Part shown: positions 34,364-45,570 of the stretch, one piece after another | How the letters are laid out: every line of letters begins with the position of its first letter | Numbering within the stretch: position 1 is the stretch's first letter | From: Blastocladiella emersonii ATCC 22665 | Taxonomy: Eukaryota > Fungi > Blastocladiomycota | Length of the DNA stretch: 64,000 bases | Direction: 5' to 3' | Assembly: GCA_025594325.1 (NCBI GenBank) | Contig: JANHCV010000003.1 | Location: 1,550,001 to 1,614,000 of the forward strand | The notes under the pieces: generated by a model | The model's database searches: none | What the model saw: the letters and a program-made list of their open reading frames with translations, nothing else | What the model was told of the DNA's origin: nothing | Made by a program: the position numbers and the translations under genes

Positions 34364-36057
34364 TTACATTTGCATGGGCGACGACGGCGCGGGGATGGCC
34401 GCGGCCACGGTCGACGGCGAGCCCGACGTCTGCGGTGCAGGCGCCGCGGCCGCGGACGCCGACCCGAACCCGCCGTTCATGCCCATGGACTGCTGCTGCT
34501 GTTGCTGCTGCTGGGCGGGCGCGGGGTTGCCGAAGAAGGAGTTGGCGGGCGGGTTGGACGCGGCCACGGGGCGCGGCGTGGGCATGGCCGAGGCGCCGTA
34601 CTGCATGGGCGAGATGGGCGACGCGGCCGACTTGTTGCCAGCGTTGCCGCCAAACTTGTTCTTGACGCGGTGGTCGTGGTCCTCGTCGTCGTGGTCGACG
34701 ACCGCGTCCTGGTACTGCTGGTACTCGGAGACGAGGTCGTTCATGTTGGACTCGGCCTCGGTGAACTCCATCTCGTCCATGCCCTCGCCCGTGTACCAGT
34801 GGAGGAAGGCCTTGCGGCGGAACATGGCGGCGAACTGCACGTTGATGCGCTTGAACAGGTCCTGGATCGACGTCGAGTTGCCGATGAACACCGACGACAT
34901 CTTGAGCCCGCGCGGCGCGACGTCGCACACGGCCGTCTTGACGTTGTACGGGATCCACTCGACGAAATGGCTCGAGTTCTTGGACTGGATCTGGCACATC
35001 TGCATGTCGACCTCCTTCATCGACACGCGGCCGCGGAAGAAGGCGGCCACCGTCAGGAACCGCCCACGGCGCGGGTCGCACGCCGTCATCATGTTCTTGG
35101 TGTCGAACATCTGCTGGGTGAGCTCGGGCACCGTCAGGGCGCGGTACTGCTGCGACCCGCGCGAGGTCAGGGGCGCGAACCCGCACATGAAGAAGTGCAG
35201 GCGCGGGAACGGGATCATGTTGACGGCGAGCTTGCGCATGTCGGCGTTGAGCTGGCCGGGGAACCGCAGGCACGTGGTGACGCCCGACATGACGGCCGAG
35301 ACGAGGTGGTTGAGGTCGCCATAGCTCGGGTTGGCCAGCTTGAGGGTGCGGAAGCAGATGTCGTAGAGGGCCTCGTTGTCGATGCAGAAGGTCTGGTCCG
35401 CGTTCTCGACGAGCTGGTGCACCGACAGCGTCGCGTTGTAGGGCTCGACGACCGTGTCCGAGACCTTGGGCGAGGGGGCCACCGAGAAGGTGCACATCAT
35501 GCGGTCGGGGAACTCCTCGCGGATCTTGGAAATGAGCAGGGTGCCGAGCCCCGAGCCCGTGCCGCCGCCGAGCGAGTGCGTCACCTGGAAGCCCTGCAGG
35601 CAGTCGCACGACTCGGTCTCCTTGCGCACCACGTCGAGGACCGACTCGACGAGCTCGGCGCCCTCCGTGTAGTAGCCCTTGGCCCAGTTGTTGCCGGCGC
35701 CCGACTGCCCGAACACGAAGTTGTCGGGGCGGAACAGCGCGCCGTAGGGCCCCGCGCGCACCGAGTCCATGGTGCCCGGCTCGAGGTCCACCAGCACCGA
35801 GCGCGGCACGTACTTGCCCGACCCGGCCTCGTTGTAGTACACGTTGACGCGCTCGAGCTGCAGCGAGTTCTCGCCCACGTACGTCCCGTTCGGGTCGATG
35901 CCGTGCTCGTCCGAGATCACCTCCCAGAACTTGGCGCCGATCTGGTTTCCGCACTAGATGAACGGGCGAGGGAGCGTGTCAGCGGATGGCGGATGCGATC
36001 CGTGGTGGGCGAGTGTGATCGTGCCTGGCCGACTGCGAGGCAGACAATCTCACGCAT
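34364..36057 (-). CDS. TUB2: Divergent beta-tubulin with a long non-acidic C-terminal extension
   Basis: [11 protein letters not shown]|CGNQIG after a GC-AG intron 36024-35954. [21 protein letters not shown] and [38 protein letters not shown] are present, followed by about 90 extra low-complexity residues. Confidence 0.95.
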
Positions 36058-36700
36058 GATGGTGGTTGGTTGGTTGTGGTTGGTGGTGGTGATCAGAAGA
36101 ACTACGCGAGCGATGCACAAGGGTCAGAGCCACGTCACGTCACGACCGCGCGGTGCACGCAGGGCGCAGACATACGGAAGCGCGCGCGGCGAATCAAGGG
36201 TGGTAGCTCCGTGGAAGTGTGGACTGCAGGATGCAACTGCAGAGAGAGGGCGGTGGTGCGGGCCAGCGGGGGAGGTTATAGCAGCGAGTGAGCGGGCGAG
36301 CGGCACGGCGGCGACGCGTCGCAGCGCACAGCGTGTGGGACGCGCCGGTCGGTCGGTGCGGGGGCGAAAGGGGGCCGCGTGCTGCAGCGGGAAGGCGGCG
36401 AGGCGTGTCTCCCACCTCGTTCACCCACATCATCGAGTCAAACGGGATGCGATGGCTCCACCCGCGCACACAATGTTACGATAAACCGCTGCGAATATTA
36501 TTGCCTCGATCGCGACGGGCGTGGGACACACGCGAGACATGGCCCGGCGGGACGCGCGTCACGCCGCGGCCGCGCGCTCGCCACGTGAGCAGCTGCGGGA
36601 GACGCGCGCTTCACCCGCACGTGACCCTCTCCCCTCTTCTCCTCCCCGTTGCTGAAGCGTCTCGAAACGAACGTGCGTATATCAACCAAAGCCGGCCCGC

Positions 36701-39691
36701 CTACTTCTGCTTCATCTTGACCCACATCCGGCCCACGACCTTGCCGACGCCCGTCGCGTTACACTTGCCGGCGCCCGTGTCGAGTCCGGCCTGGAGCGCC
36801 ATGAGCACGTCGCGCGAGTGGAGCCGGCGGACACGCTGCACGCCCGTGCCGGGGACCGGGGTCCCCGCGCCCGCACGGCCAGCCGCCGCTGCGCGAGCCG
36901 CCTGTGCCGCGGGCGTCCCGCGCTTGTTGCCGTTCCCGGCGGCTGCGCCAGACGCGGATGCCCCGCCCTTGGCGAGCGTACCCGCTCCCGCGGCCGTCCC
37001 GGGAGCCGCCGCGCGCAGCGACGCGGCGCCCGCGGCCGACGCATTGCCCATGGTCATCCACGACTTGGCGCCGCCCGCCGCCATGAGCGCCGTCGCGTTG
37101 GTCGACCGCTGCCGCGCCTCCTCGGTGACGTGCGTCCGGTCGCGCTTCTTCTTGCTCGCCGCCGCGTTGAGCGCAGCGGCTGCCGCCATGGCCGCCGACG
37201 ACGCAGCCGGGGTCGCTACCGCGCCATCCGCCCCCGCCGCGCCGGTCCCCGGAGTGGTTCCGGGCGCCGGCTCGAGCATGCGGCGTTGGGCAATCTCCTC
37301 GGCGACAGCGTGCGCGCGCTCGTCGCGGACGCGCAGCGCGTCGACGGCCGCCCACGTGTGGTCGGCGACCTCGACGTCGTACACGATCCCGCCGCGCGCG
37401 AGCGGGGACACGATGGGCGCCGCGGCGCTCGCCGCCGTCGGCCGCGAATGCACACCCGCGGCGCTCCCCGCCGCGATCTCGGGCCGCGCGTGCGCGCCCA
37501 TCCCGGCAAAACTGCGCGCCAGACTCGCACCCGACCGCACGTCCGAGATGCGCGTCGCCTCGCCCACCACGGACCGCAGCCGGTCCTGCAGCGCCAGCCC
37601 CAGGTAGTACACGGCCGACTCGGAGAGCTGCGACAGGCCCTCGGCGCCGACCAGCGCCTCCATGCGGGTGCGGAGGGCGGCGATGTTGACGACGAACCGC
37701 TCGGGAATGTGCATCGGGCTCGTCGGGACTGCGGGGCCCACGGTGCGCGCGGCGCCTGGGCGAGCGGCGGAGCGGAGGAGCTCCTCCTCACGCTCGATGT
37801 TGATCCCCATGGGCGTGCCCTCGTCGTTGCCGTCGTCGGCGTTCGACGCAGCGGCAGAGGCGGCGGTGGGCCGTGCGGGCGGTCGGTTCGGCGTGAACGA
37901 GGACCCCGCGTGCGGGCCGCTGCTAGGGGCGGAACTCGCGGGCGGCATCGACGGCGACGTGGCGGCGCCGTACATGTTGGAGAACTGCTGCGGCTGCTGC
38001 TGGTGCTGCATCATGTGCGCGTGCACCACGTTGTTGTTGCTGTACCCGCCGCCGATCCCGTGGAACGTCGACATGGGCCCGGACGCGGGCGGCGGCGGGC
38101 CAGACACGGCGACGTTGGCCGACGCCGCAGCAAACGACGCGGCCGCAGCAGCGTTCGCGGCGACCGCCGCGCTGGCCGCCGCCGGAACCGACTTGGCCGC
38201 CGCGTCCGTGGGCTTGGCCGACGCGCCGGAGCTGCTCCCAGCCGAGGACCCCGTGGTGCGCGCCTTCTTGGCCGCGGGTCCACCGACGGGCCCGGCGGGG
38301 GTACCCGCACGCTTGCGGGCCTGTGCGGCGGGGACCGCGACGGGGACGGGGACGGGGACGGGGACGGGCGCGGCAGACGCCCCGGCCGCCGCCGCGTAGG
38401 CCCCGGCCGACTGCGGCTCGAGCGACTCGAAGTACGCGTAGCGCTCGGGCCCAAGAATCTCCCTGGCGCGCGCGAGGAACATTTCGGCCGAAATGGTTCT
38501 AGCCTGGAACGACGCCCACAGCGTGCTCATCTGCGTGCGCGTCTCGGGCGACAGCTCCTGGATCAGGCTGCCGAACGAGCGCGGCCCGCCAGCGGCGGGG
38601 GCAGCGACGGGGCCGGCTTGGGCGGGGACTGCGGGTGCGGACGGCGCGGCGGGAGCGGAAGAAGTAGCAGGTGGTGCCGAGGTGGGAGCGGCGAAAGTAG
38701 GCGCCGGCGCGGGCACCGTGGTCGGCGGGGCGGCGGAGACCGGCGGGGTCGGGACGGGGCTCGCGGTGAGGGCGGGCGCGGCAAAGGGAGCCGACGTCGT
38801 CTGGAGCGGGTGCACGGCGGGGCTGGTCATGGCGCTCGCTGGGATCGACGAGACGGCGGGCGGAGGGAGCGCCGGGCTGCTGGCGCGGCTACTCGCCGAG
38901 CTGGCGACGCCGGGGCGCGGTTTAGGCGCGGCGGGCGCCGTCGGCTTCCGGGCGGGGGCCGGAGCGGGCGTCTTGGCGGCGGCGGGCGCCGCGGTCATGA
39001 TGGGCGACGAGGCGGCCGAGACGGGCGCGGGAGGCATGGCGTTGACGTTGTAGTTGGCGGCGGGGCTCGACATGCCCATGGTCACGGCGGGGGCCGACGT
39101 GACGGGGACGGGCGGCGGCATCTGCGGCGGCGGGGCGGCCGGCATGGCGCCGTACATGGGCGGCATGGGGTGCATCATGCCGCCGGGCCGCATGCCCATG
39201 GGGTGGTTCATGTAGCCGTACGGCATGCGCATCTGCGGCGGCATGTTGTAGGCGTTGTACATCGGGTAGGTCGGCATTATGGGCGGCGGCGGCGCGTGCT
39301 GCATGGGCGGCGGCGGGGCGTGCTGCTGCTGCATGGCGGGCGGGGCGCCGGGCATGGAGCCGGCTGGAGACTGCGCGTAGCCGGGATGCGGTGCCGAGGC
39401 GGGAGCAGCAGCAGCGGCCGCGTACGGGTCGTGCGGGTTCGGCATCGGCGTCCCCGCAGCCGATCCGGACGCCGCGGTCGGGACGGCGGGCGACCCGGCG
39501 GTTGACGAGGGGCCCGAGGCGGCCGAGGGCGCGCCGGGGACGACGACAGGCGACGCCGAGGGCTGGGCGGTAAACGATCCCTGCTCGAGGTTGGACAGAA
39601 AGTCGTCGCCGGCGTCCAGGTCGCTCAGCAGCGCCTCGACCGACGGGTCGACGGCGCCCGGCGCGGGTTGGTTGGGCGGCGGCGGATCCAT
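36701..39691 (-). CDS. TAF4: TFIID subunit TAF4
   Basis: Pro/Met-rich N-terminus, RST-like helical segment, histone-fold-like LRTRMEAL...LGLALQDRLRSVV, and conserved C-terminal TNATALMAAG and RRLHSRDVLMALQ. Confidence 0.85.
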   Translation of the reverse strand: MDPPPPNQPAPGAVDPSVEALLSDLDAGDDFLSNLEQGSFTAQPSASPVVVPGAPSAASGPSSTAGSPAVPTAASGSAAGTPMPNPHDPYAAAAAAPASAPHPGYAQSPAGSMPGAPPAMQQQHAPPPPMQHAPPPPIMPTYPMYNAYNMPPQMRMPYGYMNHPMGMRPGGMMHPMPPMYGAMPAAPPPQMPPPVPVTSAPAVTMGMSSPAANYNVNAMPPAPVSAASSPIMTAAPAAAKTPAPAPARKPTAPAAPKPRPGVASSASSRASSPALPPPAVSSIPASAMTSPAVHPLQTTSAPFAAPALTASPVPTPPVSAAPPTTVPAPAPTFAAPTSAPPATSSAPAAPSAPAVPAQAGPVAAPAAGGPRSFGSLIQELSPETRTQMSTLWASFQARTISAEMFLARAREILGPERYAYFESLEPQSAGAYAAAAGASAAPVPVPVPVPVAVPAAQARKRAGTPAGPVGGPAAKKARTTGSSAGSSSGASAKPTDAAAKSVPAAASAAVAANAAAAASFAAASANVAVSGPPPPASGPMSTFHGIGGGYSNNNVVHAHMMQHQQQPQQFSNMYGAATSPSMPPASSAPSSGPHAGSSFTPNRPPARPTAASAAASNADDGNDEGTPMGINIEREEELLRSAARPGAARTVGPAVPTSPMHIPERFVVNIAALRTRMEALVGAEGLSQLSESAVYYLGLALQDRLRSVVGEATRISDVRSGASLARSFAGMGAHARPEIAAGSAAGVHSRPTAASAAAPIVSPLARGGIVYDVEVADHTWAAVDALRVRDERAHAVAEEIAQRRMLEPAPGTTPGTGAAGADGAVATPAASSAAMAAAAALNAAASKKKRDRTHVTEEARQRSTNATALMAAGGAKSWMTMGNASAAGAASLRAAAPGTAAGAGTLAKGGASASGAAAGNGNKRGTPAAQAARAAAAGRAGAGTPVPGTGVQRVRRLHSRDVLMALQAGLDTGAGKCNATGVGKVVGRMWVKMKQK

Positions 39692-39963
39692 GAGATGCGT
39701 GGTGGGTTGCGGCGAGTGTGCACTCCAGGGGAGCCAGTCCGCTTTATACATGCGGCGGGGCAGCCAAGGGAGACACGAAAAAGCACACGCGGAATCGACG
39801 TGGCGCCTGCGTGGCAGAGCGTCACCTGATGCCGGCTGACCCCGCCGCACCCGCGTTTGAACAGGGGGGCTAAGTCCCCCTGGTTTGAACGACGCGTTTT
39901 CGTGCGCGGGTCCGCCCGCCGCCGGTTCTCGCTCCCTGCCGAACAATGCATCACTACACTACC

Positions 39964-40592
39964 ATGGAGCCCAAAGACTATCGAACGCTTGCTTGCAGCC
40001 GCTTCGCGACCACATCCGGCGCAGCGTGGAGCTATCGCCTGACGGCCTCGAGGACACCATCTGGCGCATCAACTGTCAGATTGCTGCCTACGCCGCTGAG
40101 CTGAAACGTCTCAGAGATTTGAATGCTTCTGCTCCGCTACCTGCCGAAACTGATCGCGTCAACCTTGAGGCGGAAATGAGCAGCCTCCGCAACCACATCG
40201 ACACGCTGCGCAAGGCCCGCGATCTCTTTGGGCCCACCAAGGCAGAAAAGGATGCCGACTTTGCCACTATTGCCGCTCGCGGCCCCGTCCTTGGAATCCC
40301 GGGCTTCGCACGCGACCCGCGCTGGGTGGTCTCACCCGTCGAGTTTCTCGCTCGCCTTGCACGCATCCCTGACCGCGTCGGCCTCTTCGATGCCTTGGTT
40401 GCATCGGCCGCCAATATCAGCACCCCGCTCTGGCAGAAAATAAGCTCGGTCATCAGTCCGTTCATGTCGCGTCCGCAGCTCGAGATTGCTTTCATCAATG
40501 CCATTAATCCGCTCGAGGGAGTCGCTCGCATCTGCGCCATCAACGATTTCGCACCCCGAGCTGGCGAAACGCTAGAGAGAGGGGGGAGGTGA
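39964..40592 (+). pseudogene. Orphan helical ORF whose likely ATG is out of frame
   Basis: The frame of ORF 39885-40592 has fungal-type third-position bias from about 40000. The ATG in good context (39964) lies in a different frame. Confidence 0.3.
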
Positions 40593-41515
40593 GGATGTGT
40601 CGCGGGATTGAGTGGAGGGGCCGAGAAATCATACTCGCTCGACCACCAGGCGTTGGTCTCCTGCACCACGGCGAGCAGGGCGCAGAGCGAGACGAGGGAC
40701 AGCAGGGGGACGGCGCGGAGATGTATGGTTGGCTGAGGGCAGCGTTGCTTCGTGAGACCTGAGAGAGAAGGACGGGAGGCGGGCGGTCCGCCGCTTTTAT
40801 AGTCACCGCGGTCGCCCCGAGCTCATGCCCCGCGCTGCCCGTCACGGCCGCCCCCAACCGTGTGCTGGACACGGAGCTGAGCGACCTCCGCCAGTCGCGT
40901 ACAGCTGCCCCACGCGGCCATGGCCACGGCGTTGGATAGAGCGAACACACTCGGTGTCCGCCGGACACCATCGCCGACTCGCGTCCGCGCGTGCATCCTC
41001 ATCATACGGGCCATCATGCGACCACGCCCTCCTCGGCCGCGCTCGCGCCCACCGGCTGTTGTTCGTGCGGCCCACGATGGCCGGTTGCACTCGGAACCCC
41101 GCGCGAGTTCGAAGTGTCCCCGCGATTTCGTGAGCCCGCCGACTGGGGACGCCGCCGCGACCTCGCGACTTTGCGATAACGCCGAACCGGGGACGGACCC
41201 GTGAAGGGTTGAGCGGCGAGATCGCGCGAGCGAAGGGAAGGAGTGTGGGAACTGTGGCGCAACGGGGCTGCTGCACGAGGTGCAGCGGCGTGCAGCTGCA
41301 CGTCGCAGGACGCGTGGTTCATCCGAGTGCCACCCGATGCGATCGCACCGCTGATCGCTCGTGCTCATCGCTGCTCCTTGCACACGAGGACCGTCCGCCG
41401 CTGCTCCTTGCCCGCGATGGACATGACGGCCCCCGGATCCGGTGGCGCGTCGCGCGCGAGTCCGTGTGCCGGGAAGCCAGGCGTCCAGCCAAAACGAGAT
41501 CTATTCACCTCCTCC

Positions 41516-44500
41516 TCAACTCAAAATCTCCTCCTTGACATCGGCGGGGAGCCCCGCGAAAACGTGCGCCAGCTCGCCGGCGAAGGTGCCCCCGGCCTTG
41601 ACCTGCGGGTGCACGCGGATCTGCTCGAGGACCTCGCAGCGCCAGACGGACCCGGCGGGGAGGTTGGCGACCGTCGACAAGTACGCGTGGAGCTGCTCGG
41701 CGGCCTGCTCCTCATCGTCGTTCGCCTCGAGGAGCGTGCCCTCGGCCGTCGGCAGTCCCGGCGTCGACGCGGGGAGCGTGAGCTGGGCGAGCCCGCGCGC
41801 GTTGCGGACCGTGGTGAGGAACTGGCTGCGGAAGTGCGCGGCCGTGGCGGCGGACCCGAACAGCGTGGCGGCGAGGAACGCCTGGAACGGCGCCGCGTGA
41901 AACGACACGTTCGTGTACGCGTCGACGAGCTCGTCGAACTGCGTCGCTGCGGCTTCGTCGTACCGCAGCCCGTGCACGCCCGCGGCGAGCGCGATCGTCG
42001 TAAGTGCGGGGCCGAGCGCCGGGTCGAGGTACGGCGCGTCCGGGTGCCCGAACACGGGGAACAGGTCGCTCGGGACGATCCACGGGATCGCGGTCGCGCC
42101 GAGCTCGGCGTGCCACTCGGCGACGCGGACGAGGAGCCCGATCGCGGCAGCGGACGTCGCCGGCTGCGCGGCCGCCTTGGCGAGCCACGGCCGGCTCAGG
42201 ATGCTCTGCGGGTACGACCACGCGCGCTCGAGCGTCGGCGCGTCGCACACGACGAACAGCGAGTCGCGCTTCGGCTCCACCAGGTTCGGCAGGAGCACCG
42301 TCTCGAGCGCCTCCCACGGATTCCCGAGACCGGCCGCGGGCTCCATGTGCGCGAGATGCTCGGCGAGCTGGCGCAGACTCGGCTCCATGGGCACCGGGAG
42401 GAACGTGAGCGTGGCGTACGCGACGAGGTGGTCGAGCGGCTTGTCGAACGCCGCGTACTGGAGCCACACGAGGCCGAGGGGCGCGAGCGCGGCGACGTGA
42501 CCGAGCTGCGCGCCGGCGGTGCGGAACACGGTGCGGAACAGGTTGCCAACCACGTCGAGTGCGGCGAGCGTCGACATGTCCTCGTCGGGCAGGTTGCGCA
42601 GCAGCGCGGCGAGCGCCTGGACACGCGTGTGCACCTCGGCGGGCAGCGGCGCGGCGTACTTGTGCACCGTCGCGGGGAACACGGCAAAGTGGTCGCGGCG
42701 CTCCTCGCCCGCACCACCGTCCTCCTCGTCGCATGCCATGGGCAGCGCGTCGACGATTCCGTCGCACAGGACTTGGCACGCCGTGACGAGGTCGGCGACG
42801 GGAGCCGCGACGCGGCGCGAGGCGATCAGCTGCAGCGCCTGGCTGAGCAGCTCCGCGTCAGAACTCGCCGCCGCTGCCGCGGGCGCGGGCGTGCCGAGCT
42901 GCTTGACCTCGAGGTACGCGTCGTCGACGATCGGGACCGTGAGGATCGCGAGGTCGGGTAGGTGCACGCGGATTGCGCGCGCGATCGCGTACATGGCGGG
43001 GCGGGTCTCGGCGCACCGCTGCTCGAACAGGAGCTGGCACGTCTCCTGGACCAGCACATCGACGCCGTAGCTGTACAGCGTGACTGCGAGCCGCGCCGCG
43101 GCCGTGAACACGTGCGCGTGCGCGGACTCGGCAGCCGTCGGGAGCGCGAGGAACTTGAGGAAGTGCGCTTCGAGCGCGCCGCGGTGCGTGTTGGCGAACG
43201 CGACCGAGTGCAGCGTCACTACCCGTAAAATGTCGAGGACCAGCGACGCGCGGTCGGCCGCGTCCGCATCGACGCGCGGCCAGGGGACCGCGAGCATGGC
43301 AAACATGGCCGCGACGAGGCGCGTGTCCTCAGACACCTGCTGGCACGCCTTGCGCGACTGCTCGCACAGGCGGAGCAGGACGACGAGCGCGAGCGTCTTG
43401 TCGGCGGGCCCGAGCGCCGCGTCGGCCGCGATCAGGTACCCGAGCCGGTGCACGATTTTGGTGGACACGAGCCCGTCGGGGACGTTGAGTCGGATCATGC
43501 TCGCGTGGTCGTGCAGCGTGGCCTCCTCGTCGGGCAGGTGCACGAGGCGGTCGAGGGCGACGACGTGCGCGCCGGACCACGGGTCGGCGGGCGCAGCGAG
43601 CGTGTCGGGGACCTCGAGCAGCGCGGACAGCGTGGCGAGGGCCTCGGTGAGCACCGACACGTTGTTGTCGTCGAGCAGGTTACGCGTGTGGATGATGGCG
43701 AGCGAGTCATGGATGAGCCGCAGCACCTCGTTGTGGGTCTCGACCGGGTACGCGCCCGCCCACAGCTGCCCGACGATCCGGCCGAGCGTGCGCACGCTGA
43801 TCTGGCGCTGCGCAGCGACCGCGCTGCGGAACAGGTGCACGAGCTCGGGCACCGTGTACCCGGCGGCGTCGGCGTTGTCGCCGTGGTGGTGCAGGCCGAG
43901 GTACGTCGGGACGTCGGCGCCGCGCGCGAGCAGGCGGCCGGCAAAGTCAAAGCGGTGGTTCGAACCGGCGAGGTCGGGCGCCTGCGTCAGCGGGTCGTTG
44001 GGGTCGAGCGCGCGGGACGCCACGGGGTCCGAGTCGGCGGGAGTGCCGCGGGACGACACGTCGCGCGTCCACTCGAGCTTGCGCTTCTCGGCGACCTCGG
44101 TGGGTTCCGGGATTGGCGGGAGCGCAGACGCTGGTTCTGGCTCGGGCGCGACGGCTACACTGCGCTGTTAGCGGCTATCATGAGACGCTGGACTACGCGT
44201 GAAGCGTACAATTGCTCGCAGGCTCAACCGACCCTGCGTACTTTGCCGCCGCGCGCTTCTGCAACATCGCGACAATCGCCGGGTCGAGCATGGTGAGGTA
44301 CTGCTGCTGCGCCTCCTCGATCTCGGTCTCGGACATGCCCTCGAGCTGGCGCATGCTCTCGTGGTGGACCTCGAGCTCCTCGCCGGCGAGCGTCGGCGCA
44401 GGCGCGAGGACGGCGGCCAGCTGCTCACCAATCTTGGGCTTCGCGGGCCCCGCCGCCGCCGCCGCTGCCCTGGCCGGCGCGACACCAGCGGGGAACGCGA

Positions 44501-45227
44501 CGGACCGGTGCAGCGCCATGGGGAACGCGACGGACCGGTGCAGCGCCATGGGGAACCCCGTCGCCTGGCTCGGGAACTGGACGAGGTCCGACTTGGGCCC
44601 CGTGGCGCCCGTGCGCTCGGCAATGTCGCCCTTGATGACGGACGCGGTCACGGCCTCGACGGGCGGCAGGCGCTCGCGGAACGCAGCCGTCACGGGGGCG
44701 GCGGGTTTGGGCGCGCTGGGATCGACGGGGCCCGCAGCGGCGGCGGTACCGGTGCCCGTGGTCGCGGCGCGGCGCTGGGCAAAGAGCGACTTTTTCTTGG
44801 CCTTGGCCGGCGCCGGCGCCACCGGTGTAGGAGCGGGAGCCGGGACGGGTTCTGGCTCGTCCTCGGGCGCATCCTCGACCGTAGCAGCTGGGTTAGCGGC
44901 CTCCTGCACCTCGCGCACGGGCACCACCGCGGGGACGGAGATCGGCGTCCCCGCGGTGCGCTTCTTAGCAGCAGCGACGCTCGCGGCGGACACGACGGGC
45001 GGCGGTGCCGTGGCGCGGAACAAGCGGGCGGCGGGCCGGATGTGCTCGGCGGGCGCCACGTCCTCGCCGTCGTGGTCAATGTTGAAGCGGTGCTTGCTGC
45101 CGGCGCTCCCGCCGCCGTTGCCGTTGCTGCTCAGGAAGGCGGCCTGCATGGCCTCGAGATCGTCGTCCGAGTCGTCGCCGAGCCCGGGCCGCGCGCGCCG
45201 CAGCTGCTTGATCGGGTGGCCCTCCAT
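41516..45227 (-). CDS. RBA50: RNA polymerase II-associated protein RPAP1/Rba50
   Basis: Intron 44241-44160 joins the RPAP1_N motif (HHESMRQLEGMSETEIEEAQ) to KLEWT and RPAP1_C (FDFAGRLL...LHHHGD...GYTVPEL..L.RS....QR), followed by ARM-like helices. Confidence 0.9.
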
Positions 45228-45570
45228 GGTGTGATACGTTGCAGATTGCTGACTGAGGGAGAGAGGGAAGGGGAAGGAGAGGAGAGGGGAGAAGAAGATC
45301 GTCGAGAGGCCACCCACGTGCGCCACGTGCGCGGTGCGAGACGCGTTTTGTCTCGCGTTTCCGCGCGTATTGTCTCCCTCGCGCGAATATCGGCTCGGAT
45401 GCCGCACTTGGCGCATCCGGGATCGGGGCACGAAATGCATGCCTTGACACTCGCACTTGGTCTGCTCTGCTCTCTACTCATCGAATGAATTGACTCTGCC
45501 ACCCCCAACCCAACTCGATACGCTTCAGCACGACCACACCAACCGATCGGCTCAACCACCTGCCACCACC

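Noticed and set aside
39855-39890. GTTTGAAC direct repeats flanking an AGGGGG/CCCCCT hairpin upstream of TAF4
   Set aside because: It is a single short occurrence, not an array; too small to distinguish from chance and not CRISPR-like.
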